DNA of 63,319 nucleotides, filler included, from Folioceros fuciformis (taxonomy: Eukaryota): NCBI GenBank assembly GCA_049999805.1. It is 15 parts of 15 records of this genome, joined end to end, with 100 filler letters (N's around TTAATTAATTAA, not from the genome) between each part and the next. Parts side by side here need not be neighbours in the genome. Positions count along the whole stretch, not along the records: positions 37,297 to 59,156 come from JBNGIO010002305.1; positions 59,257 to 63,319 come from JBNGIO010002306.1; 13 more parts are not named here. One strand, written 5' to 3'. The notes below the pieces were generated by a model, which was given only the letters and a program-made list of their open reading frames with translations, was not told the origin of the DNA and searched no databases. Made by a program: the position numbers and the translations under genes. This document shows, piece by piece, positions 58,301 to 63,319 of this stretch; position 1 is the stretch's first letter, and each line of letters opens with the position of its first letter.

Positions 58301-59156
58301 CAAATCAGCCCCCTCATCCGCCGTGGCCGAGACAGCCGAGGATGCACTCCCCACCCGCCTGGCTACCACCGGGAGGGAAGCCGAGACGATGGTCTCCGTC
58401 AAACTGCTCTGCATCATCCTCCTAGCCACAACGGCAGGCAGGCCTGCAGCATCCATGCCCCACAGATACATGAGCCACGGCACATCGCAAAGATTGCACA
58501 TCATCCAGACCATCCATGGCACATGCAAACCATTTCATCGCATCGCACCACACTCAATGAGAGCAGAGAAACAAAATACACCTTGATCAGACAGCAACAC
58601 CCCATCAGCCCCGGCCGCAGCAGCGATGTCCACCCTCTCCGCAACCAGCAACATAGCCCTGCCCCGCAACGCAGCCTTCAAGCTCCGCGCCGCTTCGTAC
58701 AGCACGGCCCCTCCAGCACCGCCTTCTGAGCCAGCTTCCAGAACCACCATGGTGACCCCATTGGCGACCGCCGTACTCACCCATCCCACGGCCTCAGGTC
58801 CATCCACCTCTGCAACCTCCTCCGCCTTCACACGCAACACGAGCCCCGGGATCTGCACCTCCGCCCTCCTCAATCCTCCAGGAAATACCCCCTTCACCCC
58901 TGCACCTGCCTCCACATCCGCAGCAGCTGCCGCTCCAACAGTATCGCTACTACTGATCCCTACACGAAGCTTCTGCTTCTGCCTCTGCCTCTGCCTCTGC
59001 CTCTGCCTCTGCCTCTGGTTCTTCCCCTTTCCCTTCCCACAAAGCCCATCCGAACCTACCCCCCCACACCCTCCTTGCCTCCCAGCTCCCGCACCATCCT
59101 CCAAACTGCCACAACTTACCCGCCCTGCCCCCGGGCGTACGATGCGCCTCCCATCA
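55361..59156 (-). CDS. FZL: Chloroplast FZO-like dynamin GTPase FZL; N-terminus probably truncated at the contig end
   Basis: Thiamine-phosphate-synthase-like N-domain (LLVAERVDIAAAAGADGVLLSDQG), G1 GEFNSGKSSVINALLG, PTTNEIT, DTPGTN, LNKSD and C-terminal TM/coiled coil. Confidence 0.95.
58971..59016. repeat. (CTCTGC)n microsatellite encoding poly-QR in the FZL N-terminus
   Basis: Read directly from the sequence. Confidence 0.85.
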
Positions 59157-59256
59157 NNNNNNNNNNNNNNNNNNNNNNNNNNNNNNNNNNNNNNNNNNNN
59201 TTAATTAATTAANNNNNNNNNNNNNNNNNNNNNNNNNNNNNNNNNNNNNNNNNNNN

Positions 59257-61615
59257 TTGGTTTGAACTATACTTAGAGTCTTATTACCTCTATTTCGTAT
59301 AATATTAACACCAAGTGCATATGTCATTTCTCCTAGATCGGACATCTCAAATAGAGTCCTAAGCCATGCTTTAGTTTCGGCTAGGAGAGTAAGGGAGTTT
59401 GTTGCCATAAAAACATCATCAACATAAAGTAGAAGATAAAATATATCATTCCCAAATATTAGGATGTACATACAAGCATCACCTTGGCTTTGCTTAAATC
59501 CTCTCCCAATAAGTTGTACATGTATGGTTGAATTCCAATTCTTGCCTAACTGCTTAAGGCTATACAAACCTTTAATGAGTCGGCATACCCAATCTTCTTT
59601 GCCTTTGACTTTGTAACCCTCGGGTTGTCTCATGTATATTTCTTCTTGCAGGCGCCCATACAAATATGTTGTCTTAACATCCATCATGTGGAGTTCAAGA
59701 TCATGTTGGGCACATAAAGCAAATATCATTCGAAGTGTGGCAAATTTGGCTATGGGGGCATAAGTGGCCCAAGGAATGTAATCTAGACCAGGAATTTGTG
59801 TGAAGCCTCTGGCTACTAGACGTGCCTTATACCTTTCTATAGAACCATCTCCTTTTCTTTTAATTTTGAATACCCATTTGCTGGTTACTATCTTCCTACC
59901 CCTAGGTGGCTTGACCAATTCCCATGTAGAGTTATTAACTAGGGAATTATATTCAGAGTCTACAACTACCTTCCATAAGTCTTTTTCAGGAGAAGAGAAA
60001 GCTTGTTTTAAGGTAAGAGGTTCTTCTGGGTCTATAGCTGCCTTGTAGACAGCTGGAGAATAAAGTGATATAGGGGGAATAGGATCATCAAAAACAGCTA
60101 GGTATCGTAAAGGAGGTTCCTTCCAACCTGCAGGACCTGAAATAGTAAGTCGGGATCTGAGGTTGTACCTTTGTGCGGGTGCATCATCCACAAGAGCGGG
60201 ATCTACGACAGGATCTGCTGGCTCCACAATGTCATCCTCCAAAGGGTCATCAAAATCATCATCATGAGTGTCAACTGGCGCCTCTGCTGGGATGTCAACA
60301 TAAGGTTCATATGGTTGAGTTGTACCAGGTTGTGGAATAGATGCTAACTCCTCCTCCTCCTGCATAATAGGTTCAACTAAAGGAACACGAGAAGCAGGAA
60401 TGGGAAATGGAGTGAGATAATTAGTATCATCAAAATAAGAAGGGTCAATGGTCTCATCGAGAGAAGGACCAATCTGATCAGCTCCCAATGTTGGGAAAAA
60501 GAGGTAAGACTCATGAAAAGTAACACTCTGGGCGTATAAAAGTTGCTTGGTAGAAGGGTTGAATAATTTGTACCCTTTGATACCTTCGGTGTAGCCAATG
60601 AAAGTGTACTTAGCCGCTTTGCGATCCAACTTCTTACACAATGCTTTGGGAATAAAAACATATGCCGGGGATCCAAAAATTCGATGGTGGTCAATAGAAG
60701 GCTTCTTGCCAATGAATGCTTCATATGGAGTCATACCTTGAACTGCAGATGTAGGCAATCGAGTCATGAGATAGGTCACTGTGAGGAGGGCCTCTGCCCA
60801 ATAAGTCTTAGATAACTTAGCTTGTACCAATAAGCAACCTGTGATCTCTTGAAGGCATAGATTCTTATTCTCGGTTGCGCCATTTTGTTGAGGAGTGTAG
60901 ACAACTGTAAGTTGTTGAGCTATACCTTCAGCTTGACAAAACTTCTCAAATTCAATAAATGTAAACTCTCCACCATTGTCGGAACGTAAGGTCTTGAGTT
61001 TGTTATCTATAAGTTTCTCAGCCCATTTCATGTAGTCCTTGAAGAAGTGAAAGGCATCGCTTTTGTTTTTCATGATGTAGGAAAGGACAAAATGAGAGAA
61101 ATCATCTGTGAAGGTCAAAAAATATCTACTACCACTAAAGGAGGGTGTAGACAAGGGTCCACAAATGTCTGTGTGTACTATCTCTAAAGGTGACTTGGCC
61201 CTTTGTGGAGATTTATTTTTGAAAGGCTCTTGATGCCGTTTAGTGAGGACATAAGATTCGCACCAAGGTAGGTGTGCAACCTTTGCAAGACAAGGGGTTC
61301 TTTATAAAGATCCCTTAGACATTTGGATTAACTTTTGACTATTAGGATGACCAAGGCGACAATGCCAAAGCATGGTTTGAGTAGGTGTCATAGAGTTTGG
61401 AATGGCAACATTAGCAGAATGGGTGGCTCCCACTTGTACTGACAATCTATAGAGACCATCATCTAAAATGCCTGTGCAGATTGTATTGTTTCTATCACTT
61501 ATGAAAGAGAGAAGACAACTATCTGCATAAAGGATCACGTGCAGAGTGTGTTCTTGACAAAGACTCGCAGTTGATACTAGATTCTTGCACATTGAAGGAA
61601 CATGAACAAGGTTTG
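59257..61615 (-). mobile_element. Copia pol (pre-integrase, integrase, RT), relatively well preserved
   Basis: LWHCRLGHP, TLRSDNGGEF, YKARLVARGF, LLYVDD. The open frame exceeds 630 aa. Confidence 0.95.
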
Positions 61616-62199
61616 CATCTAACGGTCGTATCCCGCCAGATCGGGCTTTGGGTCATTTTCTATGTCATTTTCTGTGGCACATATCTAGAAATCATGCTAT
61701 TTGGTGTGGATTACCCCCAAATCTATGGAACAACAGTCACGATAAACTTTGTATTCATCATGTTTACCCAGAAACTAGGCAAAATTGTGGGTTACCAACA
61801 GTAAAACTTTTTGATCCTATCCAGTTCCACGGTTGGTCTGACACTACCGATTGCATGTAGACGGAATGATATTTTTTGAAATCGGAATTACTTGAAACTG
61901 TAAAATGTTAAAGCTTTTTCAATATCGCTCATTCAACCCTGGACGGAAGAAGTGCGCCGGCCTACGGGCACACTCCTACTTGTGAAGCGATGAGTAGCTG
62001 GTGAACACTGAGATCGAGTCTAGGGAAAGTGGACCACAACTATTGAAAATGAGTTAGGGTTAGGCCGGCGCACAGATAGGCCAAGGTAGCGTGGTCTCTA
62101 TGAGCACCCCCACAAGGGTGCTTATGAATAGCCAACCATAGCTCTTTGCAAACAGTGTTCATATATATGAAGTATGGTATACATGAAAGTACTTAACCG

Positions 62200-63319
62200 G
62201 TATAGTCTAAGTTTCTGCGAGTTCGTCATCGAGTTCATCTGCACGGTTTTCTTGATCCCGCCTAAGCACGTACAAGTTCTTTCTAATAAGGGTTCGAGTG
62301 CGAGCGTGCAACTATTTTTGACGAGTCAACTCAAATCCATACGCTAAAATAAAAGTGTTCGCGATGGATATTGTGTCAATATGCTTCCGAAGTCTTCTGC
62401 TTGGCCGTCACTTACGTCCTCATCTAGAACCCATGGCAGGTTCTTCATTCGGCAATATCATCTCCTCTTGATATCGGCCTTCAAATGCATCTGAACATTT
62501 CATGACCCACCAATGGACTGTGATACTATGAGTGTCATTTTCCTCTTGCATGTCCAGCACTTTGGCGATCCAAAAAGGCTTGTTGTCTACGTTTGTCTTG
62601 CATGGGACAGCAATCAAAAGCCCTCCTTCGATCTCTTATATATCTCCACTGAAGCTGTTAACATCATTCCGAACGTAAGTGTCTCTTCTATAAGGCCCCA
62701 CATACAGATCTCTTCTGGGAACTCCTCGTATCTGTGGGTTTTCCAATACCATAGCATCTGGCACGAGTAACGGGGTATTTAACAACTCTGCCTCGTTGTG
62801 ATTATACCATCGCCATGGCCAGTCAAGATCTTGCTCTACACCCGAATTTATAATTTGAACGACGGCCTCTTGCTCGGCCCAAAATGAGTCCCACCAGATG
62901 TCTTCGCCCAGACCTAAGTGCTGCCGTAATTTGAACTCCAATCTTGATCGAATCTGCGACAGATTATATCCTGGCACATCATCCGGAATAGTCTTTTGTT
63001 TCCTACTCCTCATCTGCAGATGCATGAGTGGAGCGACTTTCATATTCCTCTTCGGAACTACTTTCAGGAGTTCTATCCCTTCATCAGACGACCAGTATTG
63101 ATCAGTGGAATATTGTTTTCCTCTCATAACTATAACAGGTCCACGATCTCTGTGGCTCTCTTTCGTGTTCTTAAACTGGTGTTGAAATGATATATTATGC
63201 AACTAATTAACCGTTGCAACACTCTGATATCCTGCTTTCCCATAGGGTATAGGCCAAACAACCTTTCTGAACTCCGGCACCTCCTTCACCTCATGAACGT
63301 CTGGCATGGGGGTATACGT
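62200..63319 (-). pseudogene. C-terminal part of a degenerate gene, probably a DNA-transposon protein (DUF7869/Sola-like pattern)
   Basis: HQFK...PVIVMRGKQY...YW...GIELLKVVP, WWDSFW, KPFWIAKV...ITVHWW and ILAYGFELT. In-frame stops are present and no catalytic core is in the window. Confidence 0.4.

Noticed and set aside
2293-59256. Recurrent palindromic TTAATTAATTAA within N runs
   Set aside because: It is an identical artificial linker with stops in all frames. It also invalidates any gene-neighbourhood argument across spacers.

Overview
This window is eukaryotic, land-plant nuclear DNA. It consists of 15 unlinked contigs joined by 14 artificial 100-nt spacers (N44-TTAATTAATTAA-N44), so adjacency across spacers means nothing. 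Short introns, GC-rich exons, a PLS-PPR gene with long-L motifs and a signal-peptide polyphenol oxidase suggest a non-seed plant, most likely a hornwort (inference). Ten contigs are mostly degenerate Ty1/copia pol fragments, termini of a high-copy Ty3/gypsy-type LTR (often inserted directly into the copia pol), and GC-rich repeat. Two contigs are compact gene islands: GRAS, TIC21/PIC1 and RRP8 on one; TEL2, INTS9, PLS-E+ PPR, mS41, a SET-domain protein and FZL on the other. Smaller contigs carry a malectin-like RLK fragment, an atypical PPO and an intronless CCT5 fragment. The most unusual element is at about 4.5-9.1 kb on the minus strand: a degenerate, intron-containing IS3/IS481-like (IS3EU-type) DDE transposase lying directly downstream of a divergent HECT-type E3 ubiquitin ligase gene. 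This is a candidate ubiquitin-ligase-carrying DNA transposon in a land plant. No rRNA, tRNA or CRISPR array was seen. All family assignments come from motif recognition by eye, with no database searches.
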